Positions 9,994-18,560 of a DNA stretch of 20,658 bases are shown here, piece by piece; within the stretch, counting starts at the first letter, position 1, and every line of letters begins with the position of its first letter. Source of the stretch: Hyaloraphidium curvatum SAG 235-1 (lineage: Eukaryota; Fungi; Monoblepharomycota); assembly GCA_025558095.1 (NCBI GenBank), contig JAIVFI010000053.1:1-20658 (forward strand). The letters are read 5' to 3'. The translations under genes and the position numbers were made by a program. The notes beneath the pieces were generated by a model that had not been told where the DNA came from, searched no databases, and saw only the letters and a program-made list of their open reading frames with translations.

Positions 9994-10980
9994 TCACTCG
10001 TCGACCATCAGGCCCATCACGTCCCTTTCCGCGAGCGTCCACGACTCGGATGCGTCGTCCGCGTGCACCTCCCTCCCGGCCTCGAGCTCCTTCAACCTGG
10101 TTTCCAGCTCCACAACCTTGCTTTGGGCCTCTTCCCACGCCGCCCGGATGCCCTCTGCCTCCTTCCACGCCCTCTGGGACTTGTCCAGGGCCTCGTACAC
10201 CGCAAACTTGGTGTCGCCATCCCCGAGATCGTAAGCCCACCTCCCCATCGCGTTCCTGGCCGTGATCCGCACCCTCCCAGGCTTCTCCAGCAACGCCTTG
10301 ACCGCATCGAGGTTCTCCTTCATGCATGCTGAATGCAGCGCCGCGTTCCCATTCCTGTCCCTAGTTTCCGCGTCCGTCCGCGGATCCTCGAGCAGCAAAC
10401 GGACCACCTCGGCATGTCCCGCAGCAGCCGCGACCCCCAAGGCAGCCGCACCCTCGGCGTTGCGCTCGTTTGGATCCGCGCGGCCGTCTTCCAGGAGCAA
10501 GCGCACGGCACGGGCGTTTCCCGTCGCGCAGGGCATCATGAACAGGGTCATGCCCTTGAACCCGTGCTCGACGGAGGCACGGCTGTCGGCGAGGAGGACC
10601 TCCATGGTGTCGGCGTGCCCGCAGAAGCATGCGGCGGCAAAGGGCGTAAGCCCGTCGCGGCTGCGGGCGTTGGGGTCCGCGTTGGGGTCGTGCAGGAGGA
10701 GCTTGACGATTTCGGAGCGGCCAGATGCGCAGGCGAGCAGCAGCGCGGTCCAGCCGTCCTTCGAGCGCGCCCCGCCGTCGGTGCGCGTGTCGGCGAGGAG
10801 CAGTTCGGCCGCGTCCGCGTGCCCGCGCGAGCACGCGTGCATTAGCGGCGTCCATCCGTTGCCATCTGCGCAATTGGGATCGAGCAGCGTGTCCGCGAGG
10901 AGCGACTGCACGGTTTGCGCGTCGCCGTCGCGGCTCGCCTCGAGGAGGCGGACGCCGTCACCCCAGAGGAAAGGCCACAT
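9994..10980 (-). CDS. Ankyrin repeat protein (~7 repeats) with C-terminal coiled coil, 328 aa, intronless
   Basis: GWTPLMHACSRGH, GWTALLLACASGR, GLTPFAAACFCGH, GAAALGVAAAAGH, GNAALHSACMKEN; heptad-like WEEAQSKVVELETRLKELE. Confidence 0.92.
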   Translation of the reverse strand: MWPFLWGDGVRLLEASRDGDAQTVQSLLADTLLDPNCADGNGWTPLMHACSRGHADAAELLLADTRTDGGARSKDGWTALLLACASGRSEIVKLLLHDPNADPNARSRDGLTPFAAACFCGHADTMEVLLADSRASVEHGFKGMTLFMMPCATGNARAVRLLLEDGRADPNERNAEGAAALGVAAAAGHAEVVRLLLEDPRTDAETRDRNGNAALHSACMKENLDAVKALLEKPGRVRITARNAMGRWAYDLGDGDTKFAVYEALDKSQRAWKEAEGIRAAWEEAQSKVVELETRLKELEAGREVHADDASESWTLAERDVMGLMVDE

Positions 10981-11088
10981 GGTCGCGCGCGGCGAGCGGG
11001 AAGAGGGCGTACTGACAAGTCGACGACCGCAGTTCCGGGCCGAATCGAATGGGCGAGCGCCCGGGAGTCGCCAGCGGAGTTTCCTGGG

Positions 11089-11213
11089 GACGTGGCACAG
11101 CTCGGGCGGCAACTCGCACTTTTCAAGGCACAACAGTTGCCACGTCTTGCGAGCCACGTCAAACGTCGTCACCGGGCTAACGACGTAACGTCCCGGATGG
11201 ACGTTGCCACGTC
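11089..11213. promoter_or_regulatory. Cluster of four GCCACGTC (UPRE/G-box-like bZIP) motifs upstream of the ankyrin gene
   Basis: GACGTGGCA 11089-11097 (reverse), TGCCACGTC 11138-11146, GCCACGTCA 11153-11161, TGCCACGTC 11205-11213, plus four further ACGT cores in between. Confidence 0.4.
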
Positions 11214-11837
11214 GCGATCTAGCCCGAATGCGATTTTTCTGGCCGAAACTCATCGCTAGTTGAACTTCTGGTTCCTGTTTACGTCCGATTTACTTCGCGC
11301 GCCGGCGGCGACGAAGCTGGCTGGCTGTTCCTTGCCGCCCGTTAGCGGTGTACATGGGCAAGCAGCTGGAATTACATTCGTTGCTGAGTGTTAGGTTACT
11401 GTGGCTTGCAAGAACCGCGCGGCCGAGTCGGTGGTTGCCCCCGTCCTTGCCGCTGTACGCCGCACCGGGCCTCTCGCCGTCCCTGGCCGCTCGGAACTGC
11501 AAACCTTTCTGTAATGGCATGAATCGGTGCCGTCTCGTCCACAGAAGGAGCGGCCCGATGGGCACCCTGATCGGTCCGTTGCGGCACCGGGGATTCGGCG
11601 GGGACGCGGACGGGCCCCCAGACATGGGAAACCGCCGGAACAACCGCGGGCATCCGAGACAATTCTCCTTGAAACAGATATCGTACGCGATCCGGAGGGC
11701 GCCAGCCGACCGATCGCGAGGATGTGGATTCAGGGACGCGATCCCAGATGATGTCGGGGTTCTAGCCCCGGCCGGCTGGCGCCCCCCCTTTTGGCTCGCG
11801 AGGACGGAATCGGGGAATAGCCGGAGTGCCCATCGCG

Positions 11838-14123
11838 ATGCCGGCGTCCGAGCTGTCGTGGGCGCCAAAGCGGCGGCGGGCGCGGGGCCCCGGCATGCGC
11901 CGCTCGCGGTCGCTGGGCCGCGTTGCGTCGAGGGCCGTGCCGCCCCTGTTCCCGTTCCGTGCGGAGCGCCGCGTGCCTCCGCTCGGCGAGGCCCTCCGCG
12001 TTTTGGCGTTGGCGTTCATCGCCGCGACCCACCCGCGGCCGGTCGGCCTGCACGGGCCCTCCTTCCTGGCGGCTCTGGACGCGCGCGCAGAGGGACGGCC
12101 CCACACGGGCGACCCTCGCTGGCCGCGATTCTACCTGTCGCCAGTCTTTGAGGCTTTCTGGACGTACGCTACGGCGGCTGCCGCCCTGGCAAGCAAGGAT
12201 CCCGCAAGGCGGGCCGCGCTCAAGCTGCCAATGCCCCTCCCCGACCTGGTCGACGCCCTGGAGGCGCGGCTCGAGGACGTGCTGGCCGCAGAGGTGGCCA
12301 GGTTCGAGAGGAACGCCGAAAAGACCGGCCCGGGACCGCATCTGCGCACGCCGGAAGCCTATGCCATCGTCTACGTGTGCAGCTTCGCGCCGTACCATCT
12401 GATGGCGCGCACGACCCGCACGGCAAACATTCGGGGCTTCATCCGCGTTGGCGCCCGCGTCTACCGCGCGACGCGGCTGCCGGGCGAGAACTTTGGGTCT
12501 GGGCAGGCTGATTCCGGCCCGCCGAACGCCGAGGACTTCATCTGGGACTGCTTCTGGTCGAGCGCCTTCTTCGGCCTGGCTTTCCACGACGCCTGGTCCG
12601 CCGCCGACGCATTCGGCGCGGCGGCCACGCAGATCATCGACCCCGCCCTCGAATTCCCCGACGCCGAGATCCTGCCCCACGGCGGCATCTTTGATCGGCT
12701 GCCGGCCGCGGCGCTCAGGGACCCAAGCGCGCCGGCATCACCAGAGCTGCTTCGCGCCAGGTATGGAGTCTCTTGGCGGGACTACGTTGGATGGTTTGAC
12801 CATCGCTATTGCGACGCCGCGGACCCCGGCTCGCGCCTGCGCGCGCTCGCCCTCGTGCGCAACATGAAGGACTACGGCGCGCTCGTCACCTGCGGCATGG
12901 TGCTCTTTGTCCGCCTGGCCATCGAGGACCTCAGCACCTTCCTGCGCAGCATCGGCCTCTTCCGCCTGGACCTCCTCGTCGCCGAGGACCTCATCGCCAA
13001 GGGCCACGCCGTCCCCGGCCGCCCGCTGCACCCCCGGCCGCCGGTTCCGCCCCGCGTGGCCCGCCACCTCGACGTCGTGCTCTCCAACCCCGGCCTCCCC
13101 GAGGCCCTCCGTCGCAGCGCCATCGTCCGCTGGGCACTGGACGCCATCTCGATCGCCCTCCCCTCGGACCTCCTCTCGGCCATCCGCGCGGGGTCGTGGG
13201 ACGATTTCGCCGCCTCCCTGCCCCCGCACTACTCTCCCGGCGAACGCTTCCAGATGCTCGGCTACCTGCCGTTCCTTCTCGAATCACGCACCGTCGTGCG
13301 CTGCCCCGAACCCTTCGTCGACCTCTCCTCAGACCCGGGCGCGCTGCACCCGCCGGACATCCGCTCCCCCGCCGGCGACGCTTCCATCCGCCCCGCAATG
13401 CTACGTCTCTGGTCAAGGACACGCGCGTTCTCCGAAGTGCCTGCCGAGGCCGGCGCAGCGGCCCGTATGGTGCGCATGATCCTTGATTCCGGTGGGCTCG
13501 CGATCGGCCTCGTGGTCGCCATCGCATGCCACGCCGCCGCCGTCGCCAGCTGGGCTCTGATCCTGACCGCCCGCGCCCTCGGCCCCGCCGCCGACCCGGG
13601 TGCGGCCGGCATGGTGGCTGCGTGCATGTCGATGCTCGCGGCCGGGGGCAAGCAGCACCGCGCCGTGGCGCTGCTCCTAGGGCGCGTGCTCGAGACGGGG
13701 TCGGTGGAGATGGGAGTCGGGGAGCTGGAGATGCTCCGTTCGGGGAGGCAGACGCGCCCCGCGTGCGGGCATGCGGGGGTGGGCGAGGTGGAGGGGGTGT
13801 GTTGGGGGTGCGCGATGGAGCGGATGGAGGCGTCGCGCGACGCGGAGGAGGGGGACGAGCGGTGGTCCGAGTCGGAGCGCGCGTCGGTGCTGAGCGAGGC
13901 GTCGGTCGGGACGGGGGCCAGCACCGCCAGCCTGGTTCCCGAGTCGGCGGCGGCGGCCGAGCCCGCGGATCCGGCGTTCGCGAGGCCGGTGTGGACGGTG
14001 CTGCACGATGCGCCCGAGGAGCTGGCGAGGAGGATGCCGGCGCTGCGGAGGCGCGTGACGTTCTCGTCGGTCAGGGAGGTCTACGAGACCTTTTCGAGCG
14101 ACGAGTTCCCGGAGGGGCGATGA
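11838..14123 (+). CDS. Hypothetical protein, 761 aa, intronless; partial RING-like CGH..CxxC and C-terminal RVxF-type motif
   Basis: Long uninterrupted ORF with strong G/C third-position bias; PACGH-x9-CWGC; terminal RRRVTFSSVREVYETFSSDEF. Confidence 0.8.
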   Translation: MPASELSWAPKRRRARGPGMRRSRSLGRVASRAVPPLFPFRAERRVPPLGEALRVLALAFIAATHPRPVGLHGPSFLAALDARAEGRPHTGDPRWPRFYLSPVFEAFWTYATAAAALASKDPARRAALKLPMPLPDLVDALEARLEDVLAAEVARFERNAEKTGPGPHLRTPEAYAIVYVCSFAPYHLMARTTRTANIRGFIRVGARVYRATRLPGENFGSGQADSGPPNAEDFIWDCFWSSAFFGLAFHDAWSAADAFGAAATQIIDPALEFPDAEILPHGGIFDRLPAAALRDPSAPASPELLRARYGVSWRDYVGWFDHRYCDAADPGSRLRALALVRNMKDYGALVTCGMVLFVRLAIEDLSTFLRSIGLFRLDLLVAEDLIAKGHAVPGRPLHPRPPVPPRVARHLDVVLSNPGLPEALRRSAIVRWALDAISIALPSDLLSAIRAGSWDDFAASLPPHYSPGERFQMLGYLPFLLESRTVVRCPEPFVDLSSDPGALHPPDIRSPAGDASIRPAMLRLWSRTRAFSEVPAEAGAAARMVRMILDSGGLAIGLVVAIACHAAAVASWALILTARALGPAADPGAAGMVAACMSMLAAGGKQHRAVALLLGRVLETGSVEMGVGELEMLRSGRQTRPACGHAGVGEVEGVCWGCAMERMEASRDAEEGDERWSESERASVLSEASVGTGASTASLVPESAAAAEPADPAFARPVWTVLHDAPEELARRMPALRRRVTFSSVREVYETFSSDEFPEGR

Positions 14124-14256
14124 AAGGAGCCGCGGTGTATATCCGGCGATTGCTCAGCACGTGATCTTGATCCAAAGAAGGCCGATCTCGACGGGACTCC
14201 GAATCGCGCACCAGGAGACAGGAAGACCATATCAATTGCTTGGGAGCGCCCATACA

Positions 14257-16494
14257 TCACACGAGCAATGCAAGAGCCGCCACCGTCAGTGCGATCCATC
14301 CCGACGCCCGCGACACGGCGGCCGCCGTGGATGCCGGAGGCGACGGCGTGGATGTCGGAATGTCCGCCGAGCTCCCTGTCGCGCACGTCCGGTCCGCCGA
14401 AAGCCCGCCGCCCAGGACCGCCTCCGCGGCCGCGCACCACCCACCCCACCCTTCGGGACATTCGAACCCCGCCCCGCTTGTCGACGGAACGGGCTCTCCC
14501 GGCGCCAAGTTGCGGCACAGGGGATCCGAGTACCACGAGCAGCCCCCGGCGTCGGGCCCCAGGCACGCGGGGCGGCCGGTACCGGGCGAGCGGCGCACGG
14601 AGACGTAGTTGCCCTTGTCCGAGCAGGAGCGCATGCACGTCCAGGTGGTGGGCGAGGGTGTGGGAGCGGTGGGAGGGGCGGTCGAGGTGGGAGGCGGCGC
14701 GGTCGGTGAGATCGCGGCGGTGGACGTCGGGACGGGCGCCGACCGGTCCAGCCACGGCCTGGCCGTGCCCGAGCACCAAAAGTCAGCGCAATTCAAGGGT
14801 CCCTGGCAGCCTGCCGGGTAGGGATAATCCAGCTCCACCTGCTCGCAAGTCCATCCATCCCCGAGCGGATCCGCCTCGGACCGCGGGGTGCAGCACATGG
14901 CGTCCCAGTCGTACGGCGCGGTGCAGTTGCCGTCCCGGTAGAAGAAGCACGATTCCCCGTCCGGGCCGCGGCACTGCGCCGTCCGCCGCCCGCGCACGCG
15001 CAGCCGCCGGAGGAGCATCCACTGGTGGTACTTCCTGCTCTCCAGGCACGTCCAGCCGGTCTCGACGGCCACCTCAGACGCCAGCACGGGGGGCTCGCAG
15101 CGATCAATCAGCAGCACCTCGCCGGAGACAAACACACACCCAGGCGGATAGAACTCGGAGTCGTGCAGGCGGCAGTACCTGACCGGGCGACCGAGGTCCC
15201 TGAACGAGCACACGCCCAAGTCTCGGGCGGGGTGCAGCAAGGGGGCCTCGAGGGCGGGGGCATACCCGCTGCCGCTGACATCGAGGACGACAAGGTTCTC
15301 GAGCGATGCCAGCCGCGACCCGGGGATGGGCCCGGTGGCGTTTGGCAGACGCAGTGTCAGTTCGGCGAGGTCGGGCATTCCCCAGAGGAAATCCGGGAAA
15401 CCGCCCCTCGCCCCGCCCCAGAGCTCGAGCCGGATCAGGGCCTTGAGCTCCGAGATGCTCCCGCGTGGCTCGTTAACGTCGGACCCGTAAGGTGCGGCGG
15501 ACAGGTAGGTGATTGCTCCGTCCGTGCACTCCACCCTGACGCCCGGCTGACGGTGCACGCCGCAGCACGTCTTGCCCGATCCGAAGGGGCCGGCGAGGAA
15601 CTTTGCCCGGTCGAACGAACCCGGGTCGGGCTGCTGCGCCTGCAACCAGTCCGCCAGGTGCCCGCACTGCTCCTCGATCGTGCCCAACCCGTGATCCGTC
15701 CAGGGCTTCGGCACGTCGCCCCAGTGCGGCCGCACGGGTGGGTAGGCCGGGGGCGGCTCGCTGTACGGAAAGGGGTCGCCGGCGCAAGGCGGCAGACCTT
15801 GCACGCACGCGGGCGGGGTACCCGCGGCCCATTCGGCACCGGCGTGGCTGCAAACGGTCTGCGGAATGCGGCAGATCCTCAGCGACTTGGGCATGGGCGG
15901 CAGCCAGCCCGACAGGGCGGTGCCGGAGAGGTCCAGCTCCTCCAGCGCCGGCGTGAGCACGTCCAGGCGCGGCAGCTGGCCCGACACGCCGGTGTGCGAC
16001 AGGTTCAGCCTGCGCAGCCACAGGCCAGCGGGCAGCTGCCGCGGGGCGATGGGCCCCGCGAGGCGCGGGTTGCCGGCGAGGTCGATCTCGTCGAAGACCG
16101 GCAGCGGCAGCAGCGCGGCGGACGCGCCTTCGCCCGGCAGCTCGGCCGCGGCGGGCAGCTGCCATAGCCGCGGCGCGCCGGCCAGCTCGCCCGAGGTCCA
16201 TCGCAGCGACCGCACGCGGCCCGCCCCGTCGCAGGACACCGCGCGGCCGGCGCCCGCGGCGGCGGCGTCGAAGCCGCAGCACGGCTCGCCCGGCCGCGGC
16301 CACGGCTGCCCCGGCGCAAGGAAGGGCGCGAACGCCGCGTCGACCCCCGTGGCGTTGCGGAGGCGCAGGAAGCCGACGAGCGCGTCGCACTGGTAGCGCG
16401 GGTGCGGCGCATACACCGGCCCGCCGGCCCGGGACGGCGCCGCGACGATGGCGACCGCCGCTGCAACGAGGCCGAACGCTGTCCGTTTCTTCAT
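14257..16494 (-). CDS. Secreted, probably GPI-anchored LRR protein with two Cys-rich WxC modules, 745 aa, intronless
   Basis: Signal peptide MKKRTAFGLVAAAVAIVAAPSRA; plant-type LRRs (LRRLNLSHTGVSGQLP, LEELDLSGTALSGWLP); Pro/Thr/Ser linkers; hydrophobic C-terminus SGWIALTVAALALLV. Confidence 0.88.
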   Translation of the reverse strand: MKKRTAFGLVAAAVAIVAAPSRAGGPVYAPHPRYQCDALVGFLRLRNATGVDAAFAPFLAPGQPWPRPGEPCCGFDAAAAGAGRAVSCDGAGRVRSLRWTSGELAGAPRLWQLPAAAELPGEGASAALLPLPVFDEIDLAGNPRLAGPIAPRQLPAGLWLRRLNLSHTGVSGQLPRLDVLTPALEELDLSGTALSGWLPPMPKSLRICRIPQTVCSHAGAEWAAGTPPACVQGLPPCAGDPFPYSEPPPAYPPVRPHWGDVPKPWTDHGLGTIEEQCGHLADWLQAQQPDPGSFDRAKFLAGPFGSGKTCCGVHRQPGVRVECTDGAITYLSAAPYGSDVNEPRGSISELKALIRLELWGGARGGFPDFLWGMPDLAELTLRLPNATGPIPGSRLASLENLVVLDVSGSGYAPALEAPLLHPARDLGVCSFRDLGRPVRYCRLHDSEFYPPGCVFVSGEVLLIDRCEPPVLASEVAVETGWTCLESRKYHQWMLLRRLRVRGRRTAQCRGPDGESCFFYRDGNCTAPYDWDAMCCTPRSEADPLGDGWTCEQVELDYPYPAGCQGPLNCADFWCSGTARPWLDRSAPVPTSTAAISPTAPPPTSTAPPTAPTPSPTTWTCMRSCSDKGNYVSVRRSPGTGRPACLGPDAGGCSWYSDPLCRNLAPGEPVPSTSGAGFECPEGWGGWCAAAEAVLGGGLSADRTCATGSSADIPTSTPSPPASTAAAVSRASGWIALTVAALALLV

Positions 16495-16789
16495 TGTAAC
16501 TGCGAGCACGGAGCTCCTGATGTGAATGTGAGTCGTCGTGTGGCGAAGCAGGGATCGTGAGCCTCCTGAACCCGACGGTCACGTCATGCAGCTCCCACCG
16601 GCCTGAAACTCATCATTTAATCGACATTTGATTCAAAGGCTTGCTACGCGCAATGACTCTGTCTCCTGACGGGAAAGAAGCCCAGGTAGCAATCGACCGG
16701 CTCCCCATCGAGCCGGCACAGCGGCTGCTTCACCGCCCGACCCGAAGCAGGAGCATCCCGCTTCTTACTTAACTGGGTCACACCGCCAG

Positions 16790-17476
16790 CTACCACAGGC
16801 CCGGAACCAGTCTCCACTTCACCGCCTCCGCGTACTCCGCGTATCCATCCAGCCCCGTCAGCATCTCCTCCTCCCGCTCCAACCTCGCAGCGATCCCCGC
16901 CAGCAGCCCGATCGCCGGCATGGCGGCCCAGCGCGACCCCAGCGCCAACGGCGCGCCGAGCAGCAGCAGCGCGCCGCCCGAGTACATGGGGTGCCGCACG
17001 ATCCCGTACGGGCCCGAGGTAATGAGTCTCTGATCGAAGATTTGCACCGTCGAAGCAGCTTACGGGTTGGTGGCGAGCGCGACGGCGACGCCCAGGAATC
17101 CCAGCAGCACCAAGAGCAGCCCGCAGTCCTGCACGAAGCGCGGGAGGCGTTCCCCGAGCAGCCTGTATTCGAAGCCGGCCAGCGCGAGGAGCAGGCAGAA
17201 GAGCGCGCCGTTGGCGGCCTGCAGCGCCGCGTGGCCCCCGTCGGGCTCTGCGACCGACAGCCGCCGCGCGACGAGCTCGGGGCTGAACGCGAGGAAGAAG
17301 CACGAGAGCGCGGCGCAGCACGCGAGGAACGCGGCGAGGAATCGGCGGCCCGGCGGGAAGCCCGTCGTGTCGGCGGCGCCGAAGAGCAGCGCCGCCATGG
17401 CGCACGCGAGGAAGACGAGGCCGCCGAGGGTGCCGAGCGCGAGGGACGCGGGGGAGGGCGGGCCGGACGCGTCCAT
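16790..17476 (-). CDS. Isoprenylcysteine carboxyl methyltransferase/PEMT-family membrane methyltransferase (bacterial-type), interrupted by in-frame TAA at 17062-17060
   Basis: QRLITSGPYGIVRHPMYSG, REEEML..GYAEY..VKWRLVPGLW are ICMT/Ste14-family motifs. N-terminal TMs with PELVARRL. The two ORF halves are in the same frame, separated only by TAA (NP*AASTVQI). Confidence 0.8.
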
Positions 17477-17550
17477 TGTCGCCGAAGAGACGACCCGCGT
17501 GCACGCCACCCGGGCGGAGGTCTGGATCCGCGCTTCCTTACACGTGCGCG
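17477..17550. promoter_or_regulatory. Putative compact bidirectional promoter/5' UTR region (74 bp)
   Basis: Lies between divergent ATGs at 17476 (-) and 17551 (+). Contains palindrome GCGTGCACGC (17497-17506) and CACGTG (17541-17546). Confidence 0.4.
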
Positions 17551-18414
17551 ATGCAACTCCTCGTCCGCTTCCTCGCCCCGACCTTCGCCTCCTCGTGGCT
17601 GCTCGCCCTCGTGCAATTCCGCCTCGCCCGGGCCGGCGCCCCACCGGCCGCCCTGCTCGCGGCCAAAGTGGCCTACATGTTCGGCCCGCTGCTCGGCGCC
17701 CGCATCGCGCTGGGAGCGGGGTTCGCGGACGCGGCCGGGGTCAAATGGAGGCCCAACGCCGCGTGGCTCGGCGCGTGGCTGCTTCCCCCGGCGCTGGCGC
17801 TCGCCGCACACGGGGCATCGGCGCTGGTGCCAGGCGTGGAGGCGAGCTACGGCGCGGAAGGGCTCCTGGAGAGGCTCGAGGGGCTGGTCGCGCCCGAGGA
17901 CGTGGAGAAGGCGAGGGAGCAGCTGGCAAAGTACCCCCCGGGGAGGCTGCTGCCCCTGGTGCTGTTCCAGGCGCTCCTGGCGGGACCGACGGTCAATGCC
18001 GTCGCGGCCTTCGGCGAGGAGGTGGGCTGGCGAGGCGCGCTGCACCACATGCTCGGTGCCTCGGAGCCGGGCCGGTTCTGGCGCGCGTCGGCCATCACGG
18101 GAATCGTCTGGGGCATCTGGCACGCGCCGCTGATCCTGCAGGGGCACAACTACCCGCGTCATCCTAAATGGGGCGTGCCGATGATGGTGGCCTTCTGCAC
18201 GCTGCTGTCGCCGTTGCTGGCGCACTTTCGGATCGCGGGAGGGTCGGTGCTCGCGCCGGCGCTGTTCCACGGGTCGCTCAACGCCAGCGCCGGCCTGTCG
18301 GTGATGTTCCTGAAGGGTGGATCGGACCTGGTTGTTGGATTGACAGGGGCCGCGGGACTGGCGGTGCTGGCGGCGGCCGACGTGTGCCTGTGGTGGATCC
18401 GCGGGTTCCGGTGA
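17551..18414 (+). CDS. CPBP family intramembrane glutamic endopeptidase (Abi/type II CAAX protease, Rce1-like), bacterial-type, intronless
   Basis: AFGEEVGWRG (EExxxR), WGIWHAPLILQGHNYP, FHGSLN (HxxxN); YMFGP N-terminal motif; about 8 TM helices. Confidence 0.93.
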   Translation: MQLLVRFLAPTFASSWLLALVQFRLARAGAPPAALLAAKVAYMFGPLLGARIALGAGFADAAGVKWRPNAAWLGAWLLPPALALAAHGASALVPGVEASYGAEGLLERLEGLVAPEDVEKAREQLAKYPPGRLLPLVLFQALLAGPTVNAVAAFGEEVGWRGALHHMLGASEPGRFWRASAITGIVWGIWHAPLILQGHNYPRHPKWGVPMMVAFCTLLSPLLAHFRIAGGSVLAPALFHGSLNASAGLSVMFLKGGSDLVVGLTGAAGLAVLAAADVCLWWIRGFR

Positions 18415-18560
18415 TGGATTGATATTATTGAAGAAGGATCTATTGTAATGTTGAGGGGTTGCGGTTCCTCTTCGGCCGACTGTCCACGCAACTCCCGGCT
18501 GAGTGACTCATCGGTCCCCAAAGTCGAACTCCGCTCGCCTCCCATCTCCGTGTTCCAAAG

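Noticed and set aside
10981-11253. Upstream extension of the ankyrin ORF to 11253
   Set aside because: Not protein-like and overlaps the motif-rich promoter region; the ATG at 10980 immediately precedes the repeats.
17030-17063. GTAAGC...CAG 34-nt intron that would remove the TAA in the ICMT-like gene
   Set aside because: Much shorter than local introns, shifts the frame and deletes conserved-looking residues (AASTVQI).
14161-18270. Many long overlapping or antisense ORFs (e.g. 16858-18270 -, 15025-16167 +, 16991-18133 +, 15473-16582 -)
   Set aside because: Arg/Pro/Ala/Gly-rich shadow frames expected at very high GC; the motif-bearing frames explain the region.
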